DNA of 64,000 nt from Guillardia theta CCMP2712 (Eukaryota > Protista > Cryptophyta), in NCBI RefSeq assembly GCF_000315625.1, contig NW_005434579.1:92913-156912 (forward strand). The letters are read 5' to 3'. Made by a program: the position numbers and the translations under genes. This document shows, piece by piece, positions 1-10,584 of this stretch (position 1 is the first letter of the stretch; each line of letters begins with the position of its first letter). Below the pieces are notes generated by a model. The model saw only the letters and a list, made by a program, of their open reading frames with translations. It was not told the origin of the DNA and did no database searches.

Positions 1-461
1 TCAGCTGTTCATTGAATCATCGAAGCCCCTGGCTCCATCAAGGTTCTTCCTTCAGCATCACTCCCTGTCAGTCCTGCAGTTTCATGTTCTAGATCAATCG
101 AACTTGGATCATATTTCGAGCTTCTCGTTTCACTTGAGCATTGGTGGCCATCTATCAAATAGATCTTCAACTATTCCCCTTCTCGCTTCCGCCCTTGATC
201 TGCCCAAACACTTTCAAATCTAACACCTGCGCCTAAGAACATCCTGACAATCAGATTCAATAACACGTCCTTGCGTTCATCTACACCTGACTCAGTTCGC
301 ATGGTCCCATTAAATCTTGACCAGGTTGTTCGCCTCGGTCTCAACTTCACCTCTCCGTGATAATCAAATTCGCACAATTCACATTCCGTTTTACTTCGCT
401 CGCTCGGCATTGACACTATTCTTCTGAAGGCGCCTCGATTTCCCTCACCTCTTCTGGGCAT
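1..461 (-). CDS. Possible 5' end of an intron-containing hypothetical gene running off the left edge
   Basis: Minus-strand ORF from 461 (MPRRGEGNRGAFRR...) with coding-like composition. No recognisable domain. Confidence 0.25.
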
Positions 462-896
462 GGTCTAACTCCTCCCCCTCGTCCATGTTCTTTCCCCGTC
501 CCGTTTCACTCAAAGTCTCATAATAATTCTGTATGAATTCTTCAAGGTATGCTTGTCTGTTCGTGGCTCTCCAACTCTCTCCTGCTTACTGCTCGCCTCC
601 TCACCTTCTTCTCCTCTAGGCCATCGCTCTATCGCTCCTCCCCTGACCCACCATCTCCGCCCCTGAGCCATTTTGAGCAAGGGATGGAGAGAGGGGGGTA
701 GTGGCTGAGGATTAGGGGTGGTAGTGGAGGGTAGTGTGGGGGTAGGGGTCATGTGTATGCAGGGCCGTGTTTCAATCATGGGGTAAATAGAAAACTACTT
801 TCAAAATTATGATCTCTAAATTTGAAATAAGATCGAATTATTATATTTCAAAATTAGATTATATGAAGAAATACCAATGATGATGAAAAACTTAAA

Positions 897-1335
897 TCCG
901 CCCCCCTCTGTGGGCCGGCGGGCCGGGCGGCCCCGGCGGCCCGGCCAGCCTCGGCCGGGCCGCAACTGACCATCGTCAGACCGGCGCCGCGTATCCGCCG
1001 TGCCGGCGGGCCGGGGTGCCAGCGTAGTAGAGGACTTAACTTTGAGGCCTTTGAAAGGAGGCTAGCCGCGGCTCTGACCAGGGCCGCGCTGTCACGCCAT
1101 GAGTCACCGTCACGGCCGCCGCCGGAGTCACGGGCCGTATGTCACTGGCGCTGAGGCTTCACTGAACCGCAGGCTTCCGACGATCGGATTCGGGCGTACA
1201 GTACGGTACGGTAGTGCGAGACTGAGACGGTCAGTACTCAGCTTACCATCATCATGTGTGACCGGGCCGCTGACTCGGTCGTGCCCGGCGGCCGGGCAGC
1301 GGCGCCGGTGTGCCCAGGTGGACCGACGAGTTCAA
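897..1335. repeat. GC-rich palindromic-word island 1
   Basis: Dense CCGG/GGCC/CCCGG/GAGTC/CTGAG/GTACGGTAC words, e.g. gggccggcgggccgggcggccccggcggccggcc. Same vocabulary as four other islands. Confidence 0.75.
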
Positions 1336-1484
1336 AGCTCTTTGCAAGCGAAAAGGAGTCTTTTCAGACCTCAAGGGAGCGCAAGAAATAAGGCGGACGG
1401 CATATGGGGCATCGAGAGCTCTCGGTCCTCCCTCCACGTTGAACCTCCTGTAGCTCGAGTCATCGCACCTCAGAGTCTCCTCCC

Positions 1485-1844
1485 ATGACAAATTCTTGTT
1501 GTGGGTCCACCGATTGCTCCAAACTGCACAGCTGCCGTGCTCTTCACGCGTTGATGCTAGATCCTTCAGTATCTTGCAATGGAGCAAACGTAGGAAGGGA
1601 AGCTCCAGCAAGCAGCAAGAAACAAATGAGCAAAGATGTCATGAAAAATTATGTCTACACCCCATTTCAAGTTGACGATGAAATTTGTGAACCATCAATC
1701 AACTCGTTGGGAGCTTTGAAGCGAAACACCACCTTGCACAAGGACTATCTCTACAGACAGGAACTTTTTGGAAAATCCATCGACACCTGTGGAAATTTTG
1801 AATCATCTGTTGATAGCCTGTCTCTGCGGAAGTTTCGCATATAA
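1485..1844 (+). CDS. Hypothetical single-exon protein (119 aa) between two GC islands
   Basis: Uninterrupted ATG-to-TAA ORF of ordinary complexity. No recognisable domain. Confidence 0.35.
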   Translation: MTNSCCGSTDCSKLHSCRALHALMLDPSVSCNGANVGREAPASSKKQMSKDVMKNYVYTPFQVDDEICEPSINSLGALKRNTTLHKDYLYRQELFGKSIDTCGNFESSVDSLSLRKFRI

Positions 1845-2027
1845 CATGACCATAGCTACTCCTTCAATCGCTTTGTTTTGGGCTTGTGAATTGTATTTTC
1901 TTATGGCTGAGAAGTCGGTAGAGTGTCAGGCACGAGGAGGACCAAGACCCGGCGACCATTACGTCGCTCGCTAAGGTGCTGAATGATACTTGCTTATTCA
2001 TCTTGAAAGTCCATCAATGCCTTCTGT

Positions 2028-2034
2028 AGCAACA

Positions 2035-2071
<37 letters not shown>

Positions 2072-2093
2072 CATCAGCAACAGCAGCAGCAGC
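2028..2093. repeat. Imperfect (CAG/CAA)n microsatellite
   Basis: agcaacagcaacagcagcagc... visible directly. Confidence 0.9.
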
Positions 2094-2259
2094 ATTATGT
2101 AGCCTGAGTAGTAGTAGAGGTTGTGGCGATTTTGTGTTTTGCCGCAAGTTAGCAATTTTGATACGTTAGAAACGTGTGTGTACATAAAACTTGCAAACTT
2201 TAGTCTCGATCTTACTGTCATTTTCGTGACTTTCTGGCAAGAATCCTACTAGGCTAGCA

Positions 2260-2720
2260 GCCTGAACCGTGTAATTCCCGGCGGTTCGGCGACTCGTCGA
2301 TCGGACTCACTGAGGCTGCCAGCTGAGGTGATCTGCCGGGCGGCCGGGCCCACCGGCCTGAGTGGCCCAGTTTGACAAGTCCGAGTCACCGTCTGAGCTC
2401 AGCAAGTTGGGAACTGAGACTTGAATCCACGGCGTGGCACGGCGGAGTCCGAGCCGAGGCCCGGGCCGGCATATCCTGCTCTGTAGAAGCCCGGGGCCGG
2501 CCGCTGCTGGCTAACTCACTGACTCGGAGTAGGCGGTACTAGTAACTTTGAGTGAAGGATGGACTTCAAGTGAACTTCGGAACTTGGAGCCTCCGGGCCC
2601 GGCCACCACCGTGCGCCGGGCGGCCGCGTGCGGCTATTACTGAGGCAACCCCGATGACCCCCGATGACCCCCGCTTTATCCTTTGAATCTACCGGTTAGG
2701 ATCGGATCACCCCCACCTAC
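2260..2720. repeat. GC-rich palindromic-word island 2
   Basis: ccgggcggccgggcccaccggcc, gactcactgag, aagtgaactt and gatcggatc words. Confidence 0.75.
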
Positions 2721-3190
2721 ACTTTCGATAGCTAAATCACCGGTTCTCTGTATCCGCGCGCGCCATGTGTAGAAAGAGGATACCACTAACGAGGGCGGGA
2801 GGGCGGGGAGGGGAGGGAGGAGGGTAAAGAATGGCGGGAATGTAGACATGGCAGGGATGAGAAGGAAGGGGAGCTGAGAAGATCAGGACGAAAACTAACA
2901 AGAAGGAGTGAGGATCTGAGCAATAGAGATTCGGGACCTTGGGAAAAGAACGAACATAATGGCAAGACGTGGAAGAATCTGTGAAGGGGGAAGAGTGTAG
3001 CTGAAAGCTGCATAGAGAAACTGTTAGTTGCATACACAGTAGATCAAGATATAGTGTAATCGAGAGGATAGGAATGAAGGAGCATGGAAGGGAAATTTTA
3101 CGAGGCTCACGACAGGACTAGACTGAATTCTTGATGGTCGAACGTGCCATGTCAACGCCCAACAGTGACCTTGTTACCAGCAGCCCAAAC

Positions 3191-6100
3191 ATGGACGAAG
3201 ACTACGGTCGGAGAAGGAGAGGGTATCACTCCCCGAGGTACTCACGACGTAGTGTAAAGTCTGTCTGATGGATTTCTTGCTGCAGTCCACACCGGTATGA
3301 CAGGCGGAGACCGAGGTCGCCCTCTCCAGTGATGTACCAGCAAGGATACCACAGAGACCAGCACTTCTACGACGATAGAAGGATGGATCACTACGGGTTG
3401 CTGGCTCCTTCTTGCCTCCAAGGGTCGTTACTCTGCATTTCGCAGGAACCAGCATAAAAGGCGAAGGTCCAGCCCTTCTCCCGGGAGGGGAAGGTAACGT
3501 CAGATGTGCATGTCGTTGGTTGACAGCAGTGCATCAGGCGGGGGAGAAATGGTTCGCCAGGGCGGAGACAGTCACCCGGGCATGTTCGAGAGATCTCGCC
3601 GTCGCGCATGTTTCGTGATTACAATCATATCGTCTCTATCGAGGAATTCGAAGACAAGATGTCCAAGTGAGATCAATCTTTGGTGAGATACTCCAGCAGT
3701 GCTGTGACATTTGTCTCCAGCAATTATGTTTCGAGAAACCTTTCACCCGAGTCGAGAAAAAAGGCCATCGGACAAGACTATGTCCGTTACGTGGAGACAT
3801 TTCAGAGTGACGATGGGCCCAATCGGTCAGTATGATTACCTGCATCTGTTCGTCCTCTAAGTAGTGATCTTGATCAGTGGAGAGGCAGTTCGTTGCTTTC
3901 ATGAGCACCAAGATGAAGAATGGTTTTGGGAGAAATATCACCCAGATGGCCATGTGAAAATGTTTGAACTTCGATCAAGCGAGGCTCGAGAGAATTATGA
4001 AGCATTCTGTCAGAAAGTATGAGCCAGCGTTGAAGTGGGGTGAAGCTATACTGAGCTGACTTTGCAGGAGGTCAACTTGGACACGCTTGACATGCCAGGA
4101 GTCGTTATGATAGTACTGACAACACTTCCGGGCTTCAAACCCTGACAAAGCTGCTAGGCGGATGATAGAAACCATCACAGCAACACCTCTCGGTCGAAAC
4201 GCGAAGATAATGACGTGGAAAATGGGAAGGACAAGGTACTTTTCTCCTTTGGCCTCCATGTTTGTTGACGAGTTTGACGGAAGGAAACGGAAGAGGGCGA
4301 AGAGCCGGCGGTCGATCGCTCCTAGAAGCTCCTTATCACTTCTTACGAGATTACCGCAGGTCAACGAGAGCTCAGACAAGCCTGCCACTGAGAATGCTGA
4401 GGTGATAGCGCGTTTCAATCTCACCTCTCCTCCTTTAGTAATCAAACGCTGGATTGGACAGGACGAGAATTCGGCTGAAGTCAGCAAGGAGCCGGAAGAA
4501 CCCGTAGCGCCAACCGTAACGGTCAGCAGCTGGTGCGCTGCTGAGGCTGCTTCGAGCAACAGCGTCTTTATCCGACAGGCATGATGCATACAAGAGATTG
4601 TTTGAATTCTGATCTGACCGGAGCTGTCAGATCCCCTACAAGGCAACTCGCCGTCAGATCATTCACTTCCTGTCTGGTACAAGAGGACACAATGGACGGT
4701 TGAGACACGATAAACTAACACTCTGGTGTGGACAGAAGCCAAGGGATTCCGAAAACTGCTGATTTCCGAGCCAATGAAGGTGCCGAGAGCGCACTGCTCC
4801 CACCGAGGTCTCAAACTGTGACAGACAAAGAATTGGACGAGGATCGGATGGGCGATTTTCGAGGATGAAGATGCGAGCAAGACCGCAGGTCAGAGGAGGT
4901 GGGATGGACGCATCGAGCTGACCAGAGATCGAACTGCTAGTGATCAAATTTGACGGCACTGAAGTTCATCCGTTGCCTGTCGAGAAGGAGGAAGGGGATG
5001 AGAAGGAGGGAAAGTCTGAAGTGAGCTGGACATGAAACTCGAACTGGCTGTTGCTTCTCACGGAGTTGCAGGCGACCATGGAAGGCATTCGTTTCCGAAT
5101 TGCTTGCACCTCAACTCGTCCGATCCCCTCCTCCAGGTCATTGTCACGACTCCGCAACCAGCAGACTGTTTCCTGCTTACACTTGTCACCAACTCTGCAG
5201 ACTCTCTGTCAAGACCTGCCCTTCTGTCGCTTCCTGTCCGCGCAGACTGCAGGAGGTGTGCCGGTGACCAGCTCCGCTTGCACGCTTGTGACCTCAATGC
5301 CCAGGATCTGCCTCTCCTCCTGGAGCTTGTGAAGGTCTGGACCAATAGTTGCTCGCACGTCTGGCGTAGTGACGAATTCCCGCAGGCTCTTGATACTGAG
5401 AAGGGTATCAAGGAGAACAAGGTTGTCTCGGCCATCGAGTCGAAGGTGTCTTCTTTCCCTTCCTTTTCTTATCTTGTTCTGCTACCCTTCGAGACAATTC
5501 GATCAAACTCTTGACGCGTTCTTCGTGATCAGGAGGATGTTGAGATCGGGAAGAAAGTCGATCTTCTCGTCCACTACCTCCGAAGAGTGCATTATTACAG
5601 CTACTACAAGGTGAAGGAGCTGCCGCGTTGTCATCGTGCTCACTAGAACTTCCAGGGGGAGGAGTACAACGACATCGGCGAGATGATTAGGAAAGGGTCG
5701 GCAACTTACGTCCGGCCTGTTCTGGTACGGTCGAGTAGTAGATGAACGTGGGTTGAAAATCCCCTCCAGCCTCCCGATTTCGTCGACGAGGAGAGCGAAT
5801 GGGAGCGTTTGCTCGTGCAACGTACGAAGAAGCGGATCGAGAAGGCATGACATTCCCCCCCCCCCCCCCCCCCCCCCCCCGATATGATCACCTTGAAAGA
5901 TTGCTTCCTTGATCGCTCTGGTTGTTGGGGCAACAATCCTGACGTGCCTCCTGTCCTCCTCGTACTCCCTCCCCTTCGCTCCTGTCCCCTTCTCTTCCAC
6001 CACATCCTCCCTGCCGTTTTGTCTGAGGGTCTGTGTGCAGGCTGCGAGCTTTTCTCCTGAAGTGAAGATGGAAGATCCTCAGACCGAGCGGGTCAGCTTT

Positions 6101-7143
6101 TTCTCCTCGCCTCCTCCTCCTCTTCCTCGCCTCCTCCTTTACCTCTCCTCCCCTTCTCCTTGTTGTGAGGCTTATTCTTCAGCTGCTCGCGGCGTTCTAC
6201 ATCGCCAACTGTGTGGAGAAGGAGCGGGACACCAAGTATCAGGTGACGCAGCAGCAGACACACTAGGCTGCTCAGTCTGATGACAACTTGTTCAGTGCAA
6301 GATTCCGTTCAAAGGGACTTGCAAGGTGAGACGGCAGCTTCGAGTTTCGATCGCACGTCTCAGTCTTGCCATCAGGTCTTCAAGGCGCCAGAGTTTGTCA
6401 AGAAGCATCTGTGGAACAAGCACGTGCCAGTAATGCTCCCTCCCTCCCCCTCCTCTCTCCTCCTTCCTTCCCTCCCTCCCTCCTCCGTCTCCCCCCCACC
6501 CCCCCCCCTTCTGACTGTCGCGAGAGCTCACTGAGAGTTACAGGCGGTCAAGAAGGAGATGTATCTCATGGCCTACCTCATGGACCCGCATCGCCCCACA
6601 GAGGCTGTTCTCAACCAGGTACGTCCGGCTCCTCGCACGCCCTCCTCCTTGACTTGCTCCTCCAGGGCATCGCCATCGCCATGGGCGCAGGAGTTCGCAA
6701 CGCAGCCTTCGACGCGCGGGGACGAGGAGACATGATGGGGAACGTGCGGGGGCAGGGAGGAGGCATGTCAAGAATGCCGATGCCAGTGATGATGGTCCCT
6801 CCCATGATGCAGGGAGGTCGCCGGGTAGCTATCCTATCCTGATCTTCCTTCCTCCGCTCACGCTTCTGCAGCCCCCCCACATGATGCCCGGCATGGTGAA
6901 CGCGGTCCAGAGTTCAGACCCGCGGTATGTTGCTGCTTCCTCCTGCCCCCTCCTCCTCCTCCTCCTCCTTCCCTTCCTCCTCCTCCTCCTCCTTCCCTTC
7001 CTCCTCCTCCTCCTCCTGCCCCTGCTCCCTCCTCTCAGTCCGCGCACTCATGAGCATGCAGAGGGCTCAAGGCCTACGTGGACCTGGACGCGGTCGGGTC
7101 TTCCTCAGCTGGCGACATCGACTACCGCAGCCCCGCGTACTAG
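3191..7143 (+). CDS. SRRT: SERRATE/ARS2 RNA effector (cap-binding-complex adaptor), multi-exon
   Basis: Spliced exons give MDEDYGRRRRGYHSPR; HQDEEWFWEKYHPD (~3907); RRM SVFIRQ|IPYKATRRQIIHFLS..GFRKLLISEPMK|TKNWTRIGWAIFEDE; KVDLLVHYLRRVHYYSYY..GEEY; C2H2 KVFKAPEFVKKHLWNKH..YLMDPHRP; C-terminal AYVDLDA..DIDYRSPAY* (TAG 7141-7143). All are hallmark ARS2/SERRATE motifs. Confidence 0.93.
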
Positions 7144-7194
7144 ACGAGGCCGACGGTCCGAGGCTCCTCCCGGGCCTTTGGCTACTAATGATTA

Positions 7195-7440
7195 AATCCG
7201 CATGATCATCGGATGGACTGAGAAAGCTCTCAACTATCAGGAGTGCTGCAGTAATCAGCCGTCACGGGCTAAGCCCCGTCTTACTGAGCATCATTCAATC
7301 ATGGATCATAGTATACTATAATGCCAGGCCGGCCGGGCCGGCGCCGGCAGCCCGGCGCCGGGCCGCGCCCGGGCCCCCGGCCCGCCGCCACTGCCACGGG
7401 CCCATCAAATGTTTCAACGGTTATTCTGACCATCGGGCGG
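7195..7440. repeat. GC-rich palindromic-word island 3
   Basis: ggccggccgggccggcgccggcagcccggcgccgggccgcgcccgggcccccggcccg at 7328-7385, with tgatca and ctgag words. Confidence 0.7.
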
Positions 7441-7496
7441 TTATTCTAGTATTGCAGTTGACATCAATGAGTGCCTGCCAAAGTTGACATGCCGGG

Positions 7497-7950
7497 CAGG
7501 GAGGGAGGGGAGGGAGGGAAGGAGGGAGGGGAGGAGAGGAGGGAGGGGAGGAGAGGAGGGAGGGGAGAGAGGGAGGGAGGGGAGGGAGGGGAGAGGAGGA
7601 GAGGAGAGGAGAGGGAGGGAGCCTCGGAGGGAGAGGAAAGAGAGGAGAGGGAGTAGGGAATGGAAGAGAGGAGGGAGAGGAGGAGGAGGAGGAGGAGTAG
7701 AGAGGATGGGATGGAAGAGAGGAGAGAGGAGGAGGAGGGAGGAGCTTGAGAGAGGATGGGGCTGTGAGTGTAGGAGGTAAAGCATTGCAGCAATCATTGG
7801 GAGCGGGGGATGGAGACGATTGGAGGCAAGGCATGCGGCAAGGGGATGACTGATGGATTCCAAACAGACCTCTCGCACATGCACGAGGAGGAAGACGAGG
7901 GAGACGAGAAGAGGGAGGAGGGAGAAGAGGGAGGAGGGAGGAGGGGATAG
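7497..7950. repeat. Polypurine (GGA/GAG) low-complexity tract
   Basis: Nearly pure A/G on the + strand over most of the interval. Confidence 0.85.
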
Positions 7951-7966
7951 CTGCGGTTCCCATTCC

Positions 7967-10389
7967 ATGCTCAGAGATCAGCATGAAGGTCCCGACGCCA
8001 TTGGGCGTCTAGCAAGATCATCGGCGAATCGAGCGAAACTTGTAAGGGCCGGATGCTCGATCCACTCGGTCTATGACGTCCCGTCGCCGGAGAGGTTGGA
8101 AGGAGTCCTTCTCCATGCCATGACGCCGGTTGACTTGTGGAGCAGGAAACTCCGACGGGCTGCGAGCGACGGCCGTTCGAGCGTGAGCGACAGAGACGAC
8201 AGCTCCTGCTACTTCGGGGGATCCTCCGAGTCTGAGGTCAGCCTGCGTCTCATGGCGCTGCTCGCTGACGGCAGGAGAAGATCGCAGATTACACGGCATG
8301 GAAGAAGCACGGGAGGCGACTGGCGGCAGCCTACCGATGCTTGCGGACATCGGCAGTGTTCGCGTGCTTCGATGCCGACGAGATGGACAGACTGGCCGAC
8401 AAGATCTCGACAGAGAAGTTCTGTGCCTACGTGCCTGCTCGAACTTGCGCGATGCAGGAGGAGCAGGGCGACGGGATCTGCTTGTTCCTGCACCGAGGAG
8501 CCGTCAGCTGCTACTCCAAGGGCAGCGACACCTTCCACCTCGCCGAAAGTGACTACGGGAGGAAGATGTTCAGCAAGACTGCTCCTGTGCTGCACCCACA
8601 TGCTCGCTCCTCTCTGACTCTCCCCCAGGCTCTCATCTGCGACCTCGCCTTCGTCTCCGGCTGCCCATGGCCCTTCTCCGCCGTCACCGACAGCGACTCG
8701 GAGGTCATCGTGATCATGAGATCGCAGCTGGACGACATGCTGGGGGACGCCAAGACCGAGAAGAAGGCGATGAGAGATGTGGAGGGAGAGCCAAGTCGCT
8801 GATCCTCCTAGCAGGTCTCGGCGCACTTCCGGTACCTGTCGGAGAGGTCGAATGTGGAGTTCAAAGAGTTCTCGGAGACCTTTGTTGGTGGACCTGACCA
8901 GCTCCTTCCCATCTTCCGCGGGGTCAGACCTCCTCCTGCTCCTCCTGCTCCTCCTGCTCCTCCTGCTCCTGCTCCTCCTCTTCTTCTTCTTCTCCTCCTC
9001 CTCCTTAACTTCCCCCCCCCCGGAGGTTTCATCTCTCACTTGGCCTGCAGGTCATGAAGCACCCGACCATGCCTCCGAACTTCCGGCCTCTGATCGCTCC
9101 TGTTGCTGTGCGGCTGAAGGAGCTGACGGAGAACATCGCTCCCTCTCTCTTTCACCAGGCAGAAGATCTCCTATCCTCCTCAGCGGTCAAGCAAGACAGC
9201 AGTGACAACCTTGCCGTCATCCGATCCTACAACATGGAGAGGTCCAACCATCCTCCTCCTCCTCCTCCTCCTCCTCCTCCTCTCCTTGCGATCTTGACGG
9301 GACTGCAGAAAACTTGAGCGCCATGGCGACGTGCTCAGCCAGGCGAAGCTGCAGATCGATCTGTCAACAGCCACGTCGAGGAAAGCAAGACACGACATGC
9401 TGGTGCTTGTTGCAACCGTTATGTTGCAATGAAACACTTCAGGTGCTGAGGGATCACTGTCGGGTAGCCAACAACTGGCAGACGCTAGAGAGGTATGCTC
9501 GATCAGTTTCCAACTCAGGGATGAGAATGACTGCAGGTTCGAAGACTACGAGCGTAAGGAAGTGATCGGTGCAAAGAGCCTGCAGAATCAGTTCCGAGAC
9601 TTCAAGATTCAACATGTCGTCGACTACTACGACAGGCAACCCAAGGACTCAGACGTCCCTCGTGATCTCAACCTGGCCCGCAGGCATGGCAGGCGAGCGC
9701 CTGACCTGTTGAGGAATGAGATCGCGTTGCATGCGCTCAAGATGAAGGAGCGCATGGAGGAGGCGAAGCAGACCATCTTCGATGCCGTATGGCCCTGAGC
9801 CGTTGACGCCACCATGAGCTGACGCCCGAGCAGGGGCTCCTCTCCAAGTACGTGAAGAAGCTGCAGAAGCCCTCAGCCAAAGAGATGAAGGCGAGCGGGA
9901 GCAGCGCGTCTTTGACCTCAAAGTCAGGTCGGTGACCTGTCTCAACTTCGTTACTTCCTCCTTCCTTGTCTTGTCGTTTCGTGTCTCATGGGAGGTTGAG
10001 CAGGGGGAAAGAATTCTTTGCCGCAGCCTCTGCCCTGGCAGCGAAAGTTTCCTGAGCTCCTGCAGAAGAAAGCAAAGCCCACGGCCAAGGATCGTCTGCC
10101 TTCGATAGGCAAGCCAGCTAGACGGAGCCAGTCGGTCGAGCCAGTTGGTGAGAGGCACGAAGAATTTCTGGTATCGAGCAACAAGACTCGGACCATCCTG
10201 ACGCTCTCTCTCCAGTTCTCGCGCGACTATGGGAAAGAGCTCCTAGAGACATCGCTCACAGGTGCTGCTGCTGCCTTGCTTGCCTCACTTCATGAATGTC
10301 CAGCAGCACGCCTCCACCTCTCTGTCTTGGTCTTGATCAAGCTTCTCGTGACTTTGTTTCAGATTCAGAAGATGATCAGGCTGAGCTGA
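7967..10389 (+). CDS. Cyclic-nucleotide-binding (cNMP) domain protein with helical C-terminus, multi-exon
   Basis: AVFACFDADEMDRLADKISTEKF...MQEEQGDGICLFLHRGAVSCY...CDLAFVSGCPWPFSAVTDSDSEVIVIMRSQLDDML matches a divergent cNMP fold. Start approximate. Confidence 0.65.
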
Positions 10390-10584
10390 AGTGATGCAAA
10401 AATCGGTCCTCGTTCGATAATTTCTTTCTATTTGATTCAGAATGTTGTTTGTAATGTATAGATGTTGCTTGTAACTATACACTTGCTACTGTTCCTGGCC
10501 ACTCGCTATCCCATCGACTGGCTTCTACTTCTTGAACTCGGGTGAACACAACATCTGGCGACGGCACGCGCATCCATATCTATA

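Noticed and set aside
3174-6003. Minus-strand ORFs that looked like a decayed IPT/TIG-repeat gene
   Set aside because: The plus strand splices cleanly into SERRATE/ARS2, so these are antisense shadows.
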